NCBI RefSeq assembly: GCF_963921235.1
Contig: NC_086109.1
Coordinates: forward strand, 11,038,001 to 11,102,000
DNA: 64,000 nucleotides
Reading direction: 5' to 3'
Source of the DNA: Mobula hypostoma
Lineage: Eukaryota
Position numbers and translations under genes: made by a program. Positions 25,582 to 38,653 of the stretch are shown here, one piece after another. Under the pieces are notes generated by a model that saw only the letters and a list, made by a program, of their open reading frames with translations, did not search any database and was not told the DNA's origin. Every line of letters begins with the position of its first letter. Positions within the stretch are counted from its first letter, which is position 1.

Positions 25582-26944
25582 GTTTAGAGGGATATGGGTC
25601 AAATGCAGGCAAGTGAGACTAGCTTAAGTGGACTGGACACTTTAGTTAGTATAAAAGAATTGAGCTGAAGGGCCTGTATCCATATTGACTTACCCTATGA
25701 TGCTATAAATTTGCTAATTAGATTACAACAGTGGCAACAGACAGGGTGTGTTCTGAAGTCAGAGTATATAGCAAACATTGATTTCACTGGCAACCAATCT
25801 TCAGATTTGAATATGGATGCAAATTGAATTTACGATGTGGCTCAGAAGAATTAGACCTCAGCTGCCTGCATGTGCATGATTGCAACCTAGAGTCTGTGGA
25901 GATTAACAATCGTTTTGGTTGAATGGAGTGTTGATGTAAAGAAAAAGGGTGTGTGAAAACTATATATATCTAATTCAAAAGAAGCATTATAGATGCATTG
26001 TAACTACAGAATAATCCTGCTGTTACCTTTGATCTATAGCATATAAAAATGTCATGTAGTATTGGGTTGGGATACCCTCCAAGAGTATCTCAATATGATG
26101 CCTATTGATCATTTCTGTTGAATAAAACACTTCTAACGCCATTAGTTTCAGTATTTCTCCAGTGACTTTGTTCACATCACAACAGCAACACTTCAGAAAG
26201 TATTTCATTGGCTGTACAGTGCCATGGGAGAGCCAGAAATGCACAAGAGGGTTACTATATAAATGAAGAGATTTTAAATACTCGTCCTATGTGATTGAAG
26301 CGTTAACTTTTGTGACTTAAGTTAACCTGCAGGTCAGTTTTTGGCAAGTAAGTTTTGGTGAGTTTGCTAGAACACAGAACAGAATGGTACAGCACAGTAC
26401 AGGCCCTTTGGCCCATAATGTTGCGCTGACCTTTTAATCTACCCTTCCCTCCCTCCACTTTTCATTCAGCGATCATGATGACCCAAGAGATCTTTAAGGT
26501 CTGCTGCCCTGCACAGGGATGATGGAATGGGCTGCCTCATCCACTTCCCATTTTCCCTGGGATACGGTAATATCCATGATTGGGAAAGTCAACCTTGTCT
26601 GCATGGAGAGCATCTTGCAATCACAAAGGGGGACCCTTGTTACCTCAGGTTGCGAGCAGGCAGGTTGGTCCCTTCAGAAGTGTCTCATTTTCCTTGTAGT
26701 TTTGTAACCTGGCAGCTGTGAAGTGTTTAGTAATGACAGAACTGCTGTGTGCATTGGTGCAGACTGTTCTCTGTAACCACAACTCAGCCCAGAACGGCAG
26801 GTGTTCTCAGAGATTGTCCAGAGCGTCAGCATTGGCTTTTCACCTGCCTTTGCCAGACTTCGACCTGAATGCCATAAAGCCTCCTTTATTTCCTTACACT
26901 AAATAAAAAGCCTCCCTACCATTGAGGACATCTTGGAAAGATGG

Positions 26945-27530
26945 TGTTACAACCAGGAGTCTTTTTTAAAACTAGTATTTTTTTCAGCCAGTATGTGGAT
27001 TGTATTTCCTTGGTGTAACCTCATGGGTATGCAGTGTTCCTTGGATTGTTTACCTTTTATGTCTAGTTGTTTGTCTTTTGTCTGTTCCTTCACTTTGTTT
27101 TGCAGGTGTCCCATTTGGGATCATGGAGATTGTCACACTCTCTTTGTATTTATCACTTTAATTTAATTTGGGGTCATTTAATTAGCATGGGATTTTCAAT
27201 CTCTTGCATTATAGTTGTACTTTTTGGGGGTTATTGCCTCGTCTGGACACCGGGGCTGTCTGATTGGTCCTGAATTCCGACGTGCTCTAGGGTATATTTC
27301 AGGAAGGCAGGCCAACTCCGCTTTGCTCGGTCATCGTGGCTCCTTGTCTGGTGAAACTTGGACCGAGTTCTTCTGTGTATCGTGAGTGATTTCATTTCTT
27401 CAAGATTCTGTATAGTTTGCCTGAGCTCTTGTTCGTTTTGTTGGTTAATTTCTGTAGTAAGTCATTTGCTTTGTTTGAATTGCTGGACTATCTGAGATGG
27501 CTGCACTTGAGTTCGCTAGTGACCCTGACA
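26945..27530 (+). mobile_element. Solo LTR, 586 bp, inside a Rex1 fragment
   Basis: TGTTA...TGACA termini, 5-bp TSD GATGG at 26940-26944 and 27531-27535, host repeat resumes in register. Confidence 0.8.
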
Positions 27531-28952
27531 GATGGCGCCTCAAGAAGATGGTATCCATTCTTGTGGACCCTCACCAGCTGGGACAAGGCTTCTTTGTGTT
27601 ACCACAAATCAGGAGCCTGAAGACACAAGATCCATGAGTCAGGAACAGCTTCCACTCCTCCGTCAGAGATCTGTATGGTCCATGAAGCCATGAATAGTAC
27701 CTCGTTCTTTTGCGCTATTTGTTTATTTGTTTGTTTGTTCAAAGTTCAAGTTCAAAGTAAATTTATTATCAAAGTGCATATATGTCACTATATACAACCC
27801 TGAGATTCACTTTTCTTGTAGGCAAACAATAAATCCGTAGAATAATAACCATAACAGAATCAGTGAAGGACTGCACCAGCTTGGGTGTTCAACTAATGAC
27901 CAAAAGACTGTGCAAATACAGAAATGAATAATAATAATAAATATAAGCAATAAATATCGAGAACATGAGATGAAGAGTCCTTGAAAGTGAGTCCATTGGT
28001 TGTGGGAACATTTCAATGCTGGGGCAAGTGAAAATCAGTAAAGCTATCCCCTTTGTTTCAAGAGCCTGATGGTCAAGGGTTAATAACTGATCCTGAACCT
28101 AGTGGTGTGAGTCCTGAGGCTCCTGTACCTTCTTCCTGATGGCAGCAGTGAGCGGAGAGCATGTCCTGGATGTTTGATTATTTCTTGTAAATTATAGTAA
28201 TTTTTTAATGCCCCACCATTGATAGCATCTTCAAAGATAGTTCCTCAAGAAGGTGGCACCATCCAGTACATGTCTTGTTCCATTGCTGTCTTCGGAGAGG
28301 AGGTACAGGGGCCTGAAGACACACACTGAATGTTTTAGGAACAGCTTTTTCCCCTCCACCATCAGATTTCTGAATGGTGCATGAACCCATGAGTACCACT
28401 TCTTTCGCACAATTTATTTATTTCAGTTTTTAATTGTAACTTACAGCAACTTTTTTATGTCCTGCACTGTGCTGTTTCCACAAAATAACAAATTTCACAA
28501 CATATGTCAATGGTAATAAACTTGATTCCAATTCTAATTCTTGAGCAAGTCAGAATAGCGTAGCAGTTAGCTAATGCTATACAGGATGAATGACTGAGGT
28601 TCATTTCCCCGTGCTGTCTGTAAGGTGTTTGTACATTCTCCCCATGACCGCGTGGGTTTCCCTCTTATGGTCGATGTTTTGGTCCGAGACCCTTCATCAG
28701 GACTGGACAATAGATGCTATTCCATTGATGTTGCCGGGCCCGCTGAGTTCCTCCGGCATTTTGTGTGTGTTGATCTGATAGAAGTGTTTAAAACGATGAG
28801 AGACATAGATAAGTTGGATGACAGCAGTCTTTTCCCCATGGTAGGGGAATCCAAACATTCAGTGCATAGGTTTAGGGTCAGAAGGAAACATCTACAAGGA
28901 CCTTATTGGCAACTTTTTCACTCAGAAGGTGGTGAGTATATGGAGTGAACTG

Positions 28953-29386
28953 TGGGTGTCATGAACCCTTTGGACCAGCGAGGGGAGCTGGAAAGCTGCA
29001 AGCCTCGACTCACCTGAACGTCATATATTTGAGTTTATTGGAGTTGTTTAGTGACTACTTCTGTCATTAAGCTGTCACCATGTTTTTCGTGACACTTGCT
29101 ATGTAAGTACGGTTTCCTTATGCTTCTCATTCTTAAGTGATTAGTTTTTGATTTCCACCCACACGGGGTTCCTGTGTTTTATGTTCTAATTAAGGTTAGT
29201 CTGGACCAGAGCCCATTGTTGAGTCCTGGAGTCGAATTCTGTGTGAACTACCATTCAAGGTCTGCGTAAGTGAGCTCTAGTTTGATTATTCCCTGTACTG
29301 TTCTCCCAATAAATCTTCATCATTAATTTCTACTGTCAAAGTCTTGAGTTTATTCTATACCTGGGTCTGCTCGTCTGAAGTTTGTT
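28953..29386 (+). mobile_element. Probable degraded solo LTR inside a CR1 3' end
   Basis: ACTG duplicated at 28949-28952 and 29387-29390, internal AATAAA, CR1 gaactgccag restored on removal. Termini imperfect. Confidence 0.55.
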
Positions 29387-30199
29387 ACTGCCAGTGAAAG
29401 TAGTTGAGGCAGATACAGTACTATAGTATAAGTACTTGGATAAGCACAGGGAGGGGAAGGGCCTGGAGGGAATGCAGAAAACTGGGAGTAGCTGGGTGTA
29501 TGTGGTCAGCATGAACTGGTTGGGCTGAAGGGCCTCTATAGCCCTATGGCTCTACGCCTTTTGTGTATGTTGGCTACACTGGACAAAAAACAGTTAATAT
29601 TAATGTTTCTATTGTACATACAGAGAAAAGTCTTTTGAATACAAATGGCTCCGATTAGCAGATAAACCAGTGGGGCCTGATGATACAAACAGCGTTGATG
29701 TTTCTTCTGGCTGTGGTTTCGGGATCCAAAGGTCATAGTTTCAAAATAAGGGAGTGGCTCTTCCGTAGAGAACTACTTCACAGCTCCGCCAACCTGCACG
29801 ACACAGCTCCTGGGTTCCAGGTTTCACCTGAACCTCTGGTGCTGCTGCTCTGCAGTTTAAGACTGCAGTGGGGTTTCCCAGAAGAGCACAGCGTCGCTGA
29901 GGGTGGTGACCAATAATGCAGTCTAGTCATGGACAGGTAGTTACGGACCAACTGTTTCTGCAGGACAGAGATGTGCTTTTTCAGCAGTTGTCTGCTATGA
30001 ATTTCTCACAGTCACTGAACAATTCATTGGTCAATGATCCAAGTGTGTCATTTCTAGTAAAGGAGAATCAGAATCAGCTTTCATATGACCAGCATATGTT
30101 GTAAAATTTGTTGTTATGCGGCAGCAGTACAATGCAATACATACTAATAAAAATATGGATTACAGTAAAAAGAATATATATATATATATATATTCCATA

Positions 30200-30555
30200 T
30201 TCCTAGACAGAGTAGATATGGAAAGAATGTTTCCCATGGTGGGAGAGTCTAGGACAAGAGGGCACAGCCTCAGGATAGAGGGGCGCCCTTTCAAAACAGA
30301 GATGTGGAGAAATTTCTTTAGCCAAGGGGTGGTGAATTTGTGGAATCTGTTGTCACGTGCAGCCGTGGAGGCCAGCTCGTTGGGTGTATTTAAGGCAGAG
30401 ATTGATATGTTCTTGATCGGACATGGCATCAAAGGTTACTGGGGGAAGGCTGGGAACTGGGGTTGAGGAGGAGATAGAGTAAAAGGATCAGTCATGATTG
30501 AATGGTGGAGCAGACTCAATGGGCCAGATGGGCTAATTCTGCTTCTATGTCTTTT
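30200..30555 (+). mobile_element. CR1 3' end inserted in the (TA)n tract of a Rex-type tail
   Basis: LDRVDMERMFPMVGESRTRGHSLRI...GIKGYWGKAGNWG*. Confidence 0.9.
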
Positions 30556-31691
30556 ATATATATATAAAACTGTTAAATATGTTTTAAAATTAAGTGTATA
30601 TATATATAAAATAATTACATGTTAAGTATATGTATGTATGTGTATATATATAATAGTTAAATAAATAGTGTAAAAAAGAGTGAGGTAGTTTTCATGGGTT
30701 CAATGTCCATTCAGAAATTAGATGGACAGAGGGGAAGAAGCTGTTCCTGAATCGTTGAGCTTGTGTCTTCAGTTTCCTGTACCTCCTCGCTGATGGTAGC
30801 AATGAGAAGAGGGGATGTCCTGGGAGATGGGGGTCCCTAATGATGGATGCCGCCTTTCTGGGGCATTGCTCCTTGATGATGTCCTGGATACTCTAAAGGC
30901 TAGTTCCCCTGATGGAGCTGACCGAGTTTACAGCTCTCTGCAACTTACTTTGATCCTGTGCTGCAGCTCCCGCACCCCCCCACCCATACCAGATGGTGAT
31001 GCAGCCAGTCAGAATTGTTATTCCAGATCTGATGCAGCACAAAAAGCAATCAGATAGAGAACACGGTAGTTAAAAAAACACAATAAATATAAATACGTAA
31101 GATGGCTTATATATATATATAGACAAAGTAGTGGTGGTGGGAGGTGTGGAGTGGTGGGTTAATGGGTGGAGGTGTTGATCAGCCTTATTGCTTGGGAACT
31201 AAAAAAAAACGGAAATGAGTTGATCTGCTGCACAAGACAGTACCGAGGCTAAGCGGAACGCGATTGGCACAGATTAAGTTAATCCTGGGAGCTATAGTTC
31301 ATGCTTTCCCATTGGTTACTTTGCCTTTCAAAGTCTTGAAAGCCTTAGAGTCATAGAGTCAATATTCACACACTTCTGACTGGACAAACACGATGCCCTT
31401 TCTGTACAGTCAGTACACAAACATAATAATTTATAAAACAGGGGAAAGAAACCTAGATTACAGTGTATTTGATGACTACTGTTTTACATCAAAACATGTG
31501 GTGAAGTGCATCAATTGCGTCAACGACCAATGCAGTCCAAGGATGCACTGGGGGCAGCCCACAAGTGTCGCCATGTTTCCGGCGCCAACATTGCACGTCC
31601 ACAACTCACTAACCCTAACCCGTACATCTTTGGAATGTGGGAGGGAACCTGAGCACTTGGAGGAAACCCACGTGGTCACAGAGAGAATGTG

Positions 31692-32195
31692 CTGTGTACA
31701 TATATCTACTGATACTTCTGGACACATCTTCAGTGGTGTTCCTGGAATCATCGGGTGTTTTGGGTCTTTCAACTTCCTCCAGGTGACCCAGCCGGGGCTG
31801 ATCAGACCCCAGCTTGTATCCAGACGGCGAGCTACTTATGACTCCATGGCTCCCCTCTTTTGAGCCACAGCCATCTTGAGGCCCTCTCTGCTGCATCGGT
31901 GGTTCTGTGGATGGCTCTCCTCTTCCTCTCTCCCTCGATGCCCAAAATGCTGAAGGCTCTAACTAAGGAACTGGCTGCGAACCCCCTACAACCAACCTCC
32001 ACTGGGAACCGTTCAGCTGCGATACTGACAATAATTGTTGTCATGGCTTGCAGCTTCCTATCAACCCCTCCCTTCGCCGTTGCCTCCAGAATTTGGTTAA
32101 CATCTTCATCAAACTGCTTCCACAGTGAAGTCATGTTAGCTGCAGGCCATTTGATCCACCTCCTGTTAGACTTCATGTTAGAGGGATATTGCACT
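31692..32195 (-). mobile_element. Hero-clade (RLE) non-LTR retrotransposon, internally deleted, nested in a V-SINE
   Basis: IKWPAAN...WKQFDEDVNQILE...AAERF joined to PVEVGCRGF...AAERASRWLWLKR. 3' UTR gggtctgatcagccccggctgggtc...gaaagaccc. Confidence 0.8.
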
Positions 32196-33149
32196 CCAAT
32201 ATTCTGATCGGTGACGCTGTAAAGCATTATGCCAAACACTGTGCTACCGTGCTGCCAATTAATGTTGGTATTAATATCAGACGGGTACAAATGGGGCATT
32301 AAAATTACACAAGCTGAAACATCTGAGGATCTATCTCTGGCCGTGCCCAAAAGTAACATCAGAACCATGTAGCGGGACAAGGCTTCAGACCAGTCGCAGT
32401 GTTATAACAGTACTATCATTATTTTCTCAGCGATTATTTATATTAGCTACTCATAATTAGACCTGTGAATTTGATGCCTGACTTGCTATTTTATATTCTT
32501 GTCCAGTCGCATTTTGCACGTCATGAGACCATTTGGCCCATCAGATCCAGGTTAGTTTACTGTCAGTCCCTTTCCCTGCTATTCACTCCTAGCCCTGCAG
32601 ACAATTTTTGCTCCAGTTCCAAGCTCTGTAAGCTCTGCTATTTTCAACAGCCTGACATGCAGAATGTTCCAGATCACTGCATATTATTTTTCTTTACACC
32701 CCAACCACCCTTTGCATCTTTCACCTAAAACTTGCTTCATCCTTGGACATTGCATCATTCACTAGCAGCCCCATGTGAGCCGGTGCCACTGATGTCAATC
32801 CCGGATCTCAGTCTCCAAGGCCGATGTCAGAGCTCCTTTCAAGAGGGTGAACCCACCAAAACTGTCCAGCTCAGACTGGGTCAAATGCTAGAGATCTCTA
32901 CCAACGAACCAGCTGGCACATCCAGTGCAGTCTTCAGCCTCTCATTGTACTGGTGCCCAAGAAGAGCATGTTGACCTGCCTCAGTGACTAACCCTGGGGG
33001 CATTAGCATTCACCATAATGAAGTGCTTCAGGAGGATGGTTACGGTGCAAATGAAATTTAACCTTAGAAACGGCCTGAATTCCTTTCGACTTCTTACTGG
33101 CGCAATATGTTAACAGCCGATAATATTTCACTGGCTCACCACCCGCTCT

Positions 33150-33340
33150 TGGACCATCTGGACAACAGTAATACATAAGTCAGGCTGCTGTTCATCGGCT
33201 ACAGCTCGGAGTTCAACACCATCAATCCCTCAAAATTTATCACCAAGCTCCAAGACCTGAGTCTCTGTACCCCTCTCTGGAAATGGACCTTGTTGCTAGG
33301 CGTCAACCAGTACGGTTCAGTAACAACATCTTCTCCTCTC
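33150..33340 (+). mobile_element. Rex1/Babar RT fragment
   Basis: LDHLDNSNT.VRLLFIGYSSEFNTI (ttggaccatctggacaac...ttcaacaccatc). Confidence 0.7.
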
Positions 33341-33581
33341 TGGGCAACACACACAAAAAGTCGGCAGAACTCAGCAAGTCAGGCACCCTCTACGGAGAGG
33401 AATAAAATGTCGATGTGTCAGACCAAGACCCTCCTTCAGGACCCTTCACCCAAACAGAATCAGATTTAATATCACTGGCATATGCCGTGAAATTTGTTGT
33501 TTTGCTGCAGCAGTACATTGTAATACATAATAATAATAAAACTATGAACTACAATAACAAAATAATATATTAAATTAATAA

Positions 33582-33832
33582 AAAAAAACAACAGGAATTC
33601 TGCAGATGCTGGAAATTCAAGCAACACACATAAAAGTTGCTGGTGAACGCAGCAGGCCAGGCAGCATCTCTAGGAAGAGGTGCAGTCGACGTTTCAGGCC
33701 GAGTCCCTTCGTCAGGACCCTTCATCCAAACAGAATCAGTCGAAGGGTCTCGGCCTGAAACGTCGACTGCACCTCTTCCTAGAGATGCTGCCTGGCCTGC
33801 TGCGTTCACCAGCAACTTTTATGTGTGTTGTT
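33582..33832. mobile_element. Young PLE insertion forming a 90-bp-arm inverted repeat
   Basis: Arms 33622-33711 and 33741-33830 (1 mismatch). 14-bp TSD TATTAAATTAATAA at 33568-33581 and 33833-33846. Confidence 0.9.
33684..33718 (-). ncRNA. Minimal hammerhead ribozyme motif, core intact
   Basis: GUC-CUGACGA-AGGGACUCGGCCU-GAAAC-GUC^GAC. Confidence 0.65.
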
Positions 33833-33877
33833 TATTAAATTAATAAGTAGTGTACAAAGAGCGTAAAAGACAAAAAA

Positions 33878-33971
33878 AGTAGTGAGGTTATGTACATGGG
33901 TCCATTCAGAAATCTGATGGCAGAAGTAGTGAGGTTGTGTACATGGGTCCACTCAGAAATCTGATGGCAGA
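33878..33971. repeat. 47-bp tandem duplication
   Basis: agtagtgaggtt(a/g)tgtacatgggtcca(t/c)tcagaaatctgatggcaga x2, 2 mismatches. Confidence 0.9.
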
Positions 33972-34157
33972 GGGGAAGAAGCTGTTCATGAAACATTGAG
34001 TGTGTGCCTTCAGGCTCCTATATCTCCTCCTTGATGGTAGCAATGAGAAGATGGCGTATCCTGGGGTCACTTATGATGAAGGGTTTTGACCTGAATTGTC
34101 GACCTGTTTATTCCTGTCCATAGATGCTGCCTGACCTGCTGAGTTACTCCACCATTT

Positions 34158-34181
34158 TGTGTGTGTGTGTGTGTGTGTGTG
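34158..34181. repeat. (TG)n microsatellite
   Basis: Expanded from the tgtgtgtg tract of a PLE pLTR. Confidence 0.9.
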
Positions 34182-35439
34182 TTACTCAAGATTTCCAAGA
34201 ACGGCAAAATCTCTTGTATTTATCACTTCCTTTTCCTCTCTATCAACACAAGTGCTCAACAAGGCTGAGAGCTTAGCCCTCTGCTATACCCTCTTTATAC
34301 CCATGGTTATGTGCCTAAGTACAACCCCAGTGTCATCTATAAGTTTGCTGACAACATCAGTGTTGACAGCTAAATAATAGGTGGTGATGAGTCAGCATAA
34401 ATGAATGAGATCAGGTATGTGTTTTTCACTCGCACAGGAAATAAAGCAGCACTCTAATATTTATTACATAAACAAATTCAGATCAGTCCTGTCTCATTAC
34501 AATTAACAAGTACCTGTAGCTCTAAAACCTTCCTTAGAAAATAACTTATAACTGAGCGACCACAAACACCAGGTTGAGTGGGGCTTTAATAACAATCGCA
34601 ATCTTATCTTGTCAACAAAACCAAGATTAGAGGGTATGACTTGTGAGGATAGGTTCTCTTTCGAGTGAAGGAGGATCAAGATGACTTGATAGAGGTGTAC
34701 AAGATGATTAGAGTGGACAAGCAGAGACTTTTTCCCAGGGCAGAAATGGTTGATACAAGAAGGCATAATTTTAAGGTGAGTGGAGGAAAGTATAGAGGGA
34801 GATGTCCGAAGTAGACTTCTAAAGTTTATATACGCAGAGTGGTGGGTGTGTGGAACGCATGGCCAAAGCTGGTGATAGTGGCAGATGCATTGGGGACATT
34901 TAAGAGACTCAGAACGGCACATACAACATCTCACTGGTGGTTAACTAAACAAGAAATACAAGGATGGCCTGTTTCTGTGCTGTAATTGTTATATGGTTAA
35001 GTAACTTCTTTATTAATAACACTTCTTCTGTAAAAAAATTATGGTAAACGGTTACCACAAATGATGAAGAGGTGAGCGAAGGCGAGGCTGAGTCGATGGT
35101 TGAAGTGTGTGGGTGCGAAGCGAAGCCGGGGTGAGACCGAGGAACGTTCAAGGAGAAGTTCAGGTGCTGTGGGGGCATATGGAGTGGAGCAGATGCAGAT
35201 ACAGGGCCTGTCCACCTAAGCTGAGAGCAAGATTTGATCAATCTGTGCGCCGGGCTGTTTTGGAAAGGTCGGGTACACGGCGGCGGGGTCCAGGCCCAGA
35301 GTGAATCGATATGACAGGGCCTGAGCCTTAGAGTGAGGAATGACCCAATGTTTGGATGACTTTAAAAATGGCGGGCCAGCTGAAATGAAAAGGCAGGGTG
35401 TTGGGCCCAGAGGTGAGGGTTAGGCCAGCTTTGCTTGCT

Positions 35440-35665
35440 GCTCTGCGACATTTACTTCACAGCACTGAGGCTGTGGGCCTGCTCCGGCTTCTCCGGGTTT
35501 CATGTCTGTGTGCTCCATGATGCTTACTCCGCAATGTGCTGAACTGCGGCTGCGGCTGCTCCAGGCTTTGTGTCTGTGGGCTCTGCAATGTTTACTCTGC
35601 TATGTACTGAACTGAGGCTCAGGTTGTGGGCCTGCTCTAGCTGCTCTGGGTTTTGTGTCTGAGGA
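35440..35665. repeat. Three diverged ~70-85 bp tandem units within a larger interspersed repeat (~35050-35870)
   Basis: ctctgc.a..tttact...ctgaggctgtgggcctgctc...gtgtctg recurs three times. Confidence 0.65.
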
Positions 35666-36350
35666 CTCAGTTTCATTATAAATGCTATTTGTTTACTTCT
35701 ATTTTCACATTTTTTTCTCTTTCTCTGTCCACATTGGGTGTTTGGTCTTTTTTATGAGTTCTTTCAGGTTTCTTGCTTTGTGGCTGCCTCTAAGGAGACA
35801 AACCTCAAGGTTGCATAATGTATACATACAGTACTTTGATAATAAATATGTTTGAACTTTGAACTTTGGATGATAGAAAATAGGAGGACCATGGGGGAGA
35901 AGAGGGTTAGATTGATCTTAGAGTAGGTTAAAAGGTCAGCACAATATCATGGGATAAAGGGCCTGTACAGTGCTGTACTGTTCTATGTTCTATGTTCTAA
36001 TCATGGACTTCTGAACAGGAAAGCCAGGGGACCAGGTACCAGTCCTCAATGGTGCGTCAGAGGCGGAGAAAGTCAGCGACTTCAAATTCCTGGGTGTTAA
36101 CATCTTGAGCACATAAATTAAATGTATTCACAAAGAATGTGCACCAGCTTCTGTACTTTCTTAGAATGTTAAGGAGGTTTGGCAGTCACCTAATGGTCCA
36201 ACAAACTTCTACTGTACGTATGCACAGTTGGAAGTATCCCGATTGGTTGCATCATGGCCTGGTATTGCAATTCCAATGCATAGGAATGTAAGAGTAGTGG
36301 ACATAGCCCTTCCCAGTATTGGCAGCATCTACAACAGCTGCTGCCTCAAG

Positions 36351-36378
36351 AACTGAACTGAACTGAACTGAACTGAAC
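36351..36378. repeat. (AACTG)n microsatellite
   Basis: Five full units and one partial. Confidence 0.9.
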
Positions 36379-37489
36379 ATTGCTAAACTGTTTCAATGAC
36401 TTTGTGGTTTGATGTTTTATGTTGTGTTTTTTTTGCTTCTTTTTTTGCTGTTTGCATGATTTGTTCTTTTTTTTTTGCCTGTTGAGTGTTTGATGTTTTC
36501 TTTGAATGGGTTCCATGGTATTTCTTTGTTTCGTGGCTGCCTGTGGGAAGACAGACCTCAGGGCTGTATTCTGCATGCATACTTGTACTTTGAACCTTGA
36601 ATCTTTGAATCTATCATTAAAGTTACCCACCATCCAGGTCATGCCTTGTTCACACTGCTGCCACTGTGTAGGAGTTACAGAAGCCTGAAGTCCCACACTT
36701 TCAGAAGCAGCTACTTTCTGACAAACATCTGGTTCTTGAACTGCCTTAGATTCACACCAGATTCAGACTTATTTATCCCATGCACATCGAAGCATACAGG
36801 GAAAGGCACTGTTTGTGTTAACAACTAACACGTCCCAGGATTATGTTGCTGGCTGCCCTCAGCGTATCCATGGGTGTGTTGGTGATTAACACAAGTGACG
36901 CATTAGCCCTGTACGACCCTAACCCTACCTCAGCGATGAAACACTACAGATCACCTCTTGCACTACCATGGACTGCAATCATGCCTTTTGTTTTGCACTG
37001 GCTTTGCGACTCTGAAATGGACGGTCCCAAGCCCGGCTGCGAAAGGAGGAGGGTTAGTCACGGGGCTAGCAACCCCATCACATAAAAACCCAGAGCTACA
37101 GAAACAGGCAACAGAGTCTCCAGAGACCTCATCCCTGGGAGAGGAGGGACCTTTGCCTGGAAGGCGTATGATGGGCTACTTGAAGCAAAGATTACTCTGG
37201 TGAGCGGCAGTTGATGGTCTATGGCCCAGCACGGGGGCAGAAGGAGGAGGAGATGATCTTGATTTTATGCACAATTTTACTTTCCTTTCACTGTCGTGCT
37301 TAATTCATGTACTGTACATTTTATATACTGCGTTTCTGTATCAGTAATGAGGCTGCATTGTGCCTCACTGTACTTATGCACATGACAATAACCTCAACTT
37401 AAACGTCTTCTGATGTAGCATTAACTTGCCTCAGTGTCGCACATCTCAAACCTCGTTCGTCCTTTCTCATTGGGAGAACATTAACAGAA

Positions 37490-38006
37490 CCTTCCAACAG
37501 GAAAGCTATCAATAAGATAGAAAGACTGCAGAGAAAATTTGCAAAGATGTTGCTGAGACTTGAGGACCTGAATTATAGGGAAAGTTCAACGGTTAAGACT
37601 TAATTCCCTAGAACATAGAAGATTGAGGGGAGATTTGATAGAGGCATGCAAAATTGAGGGCTATAGTTAAGGTAAATGCAAGAAGGCATTTTCCACTGAG
37701 ACTGGCTGAGACTAGAACTATAGGCCATGGGTTAAGGGTGAAAGGAGATAGGTTTAAGGAGAATCTTAAGGGGGAACTTCTTCACTCAGAGGGTGGTGAA
37801 AGTTTGGAACCAGCTCCCAGCAGAGTGGTGGATGCAGGGTTGATTTCAACACTTCAGAGAAATTTGGATAGCTTCTTGGATGTAGGGTTATGGAGGGCTA
37901 TTGTACTGGTGCAGGTCAATGAGATTAGGCAGATTAATTGTTTGGCACAGAGATTAGAGAGGCCGAAGGGCCGTTTCTGTGCTGTAGCGTTCTGAGGATC
38001 TATGAC
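37490..38006 (+). mobile_element. Old CR1 3' end
   Basis: FPLRLAETRTIGHGLRVKG. Similar copies at 42150-42405 and 58765-59070. Confidence 0.8.
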
Positions 38007-38299
38007 AATATGCATTGGAGATCCAAAGTATGTATGAGGATGGAAAAACAGCCAAGCTTCTGCAGTCCAAACCTGGAGTTGAAATCCATAAAATATTGCA
38101 AGAATCTTTGGCCTTGGAAAGTTAAATCGGACAAATTTGCTGTTTTGATCTGTGGGAAATTTACTTCGCAACAAGCTGTGTGTGAGAGAGGGGGAGAGAG
38201 AGAGGGGGGAGGGAAATAGATCTAACTAATGTATCAGTAATGAATTCGTTACAAATTACAAATTACTTTATTTGCATTTCAGTTAAATTCTCAGGTTAC

Positions 38300-38643
38300 A
38301 GTGACGTATTTCGCTGTTATCCAGTCTAGGGGGCGGGAATGTTCTCTTGATGATTTTATCGGAGAATTTATTTTTTTAGCGGAAGAGAAACCAAGCCTTG
38401 CAAACTGCGCCGCACTTCCGAGTAAAGTCTCTTTCCGGCTGAATTTGCCTGTGATCTTCCCCGTCGGTGGAACGGTTTCGCAGACGTCCTCCGTGTTTCT
38501 TTACGAAAAAGACCTGACATTTTAAGCGGCTTCCGTGGCGTTTGGAGGTCGTAATTGATCGGCGGTAAATAAAATTCACAGACGTTCTTTTGTCTGCCTC
38601 TGCCAACTTTTCTGTCCGGCTGGAGTTTGAAGAAGTTTCCACC
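38300..38643. promoter_or_regulatory. CpG-rich TATA-less promoter / 5' UTR, possibly bidirectional
   Basis: Only non-TE CpG-dense segment. CRE-like GTGACGTA (38301), GC box GGGGCGGGA (38330), ETS-like CGGAAG/CTTCCG (38379, 38413, ~38530), TCT/TOP-like TCTCTTTCC (38428). Confidence 0.7.
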
Positions 38644-38653
38644 ATGACGACCG
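38644..38653 (+). CDS. Probable start codon at the end of exon 1 (M-T-T-x, phase 1), gene unidentified; may be a uORF
   Basis: TCCACCATGACGACCG|GTGAGT: Kozak-like CCACCATG and consensus donor at the edge of the CpG-rich segment. Confidence 0.6.
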
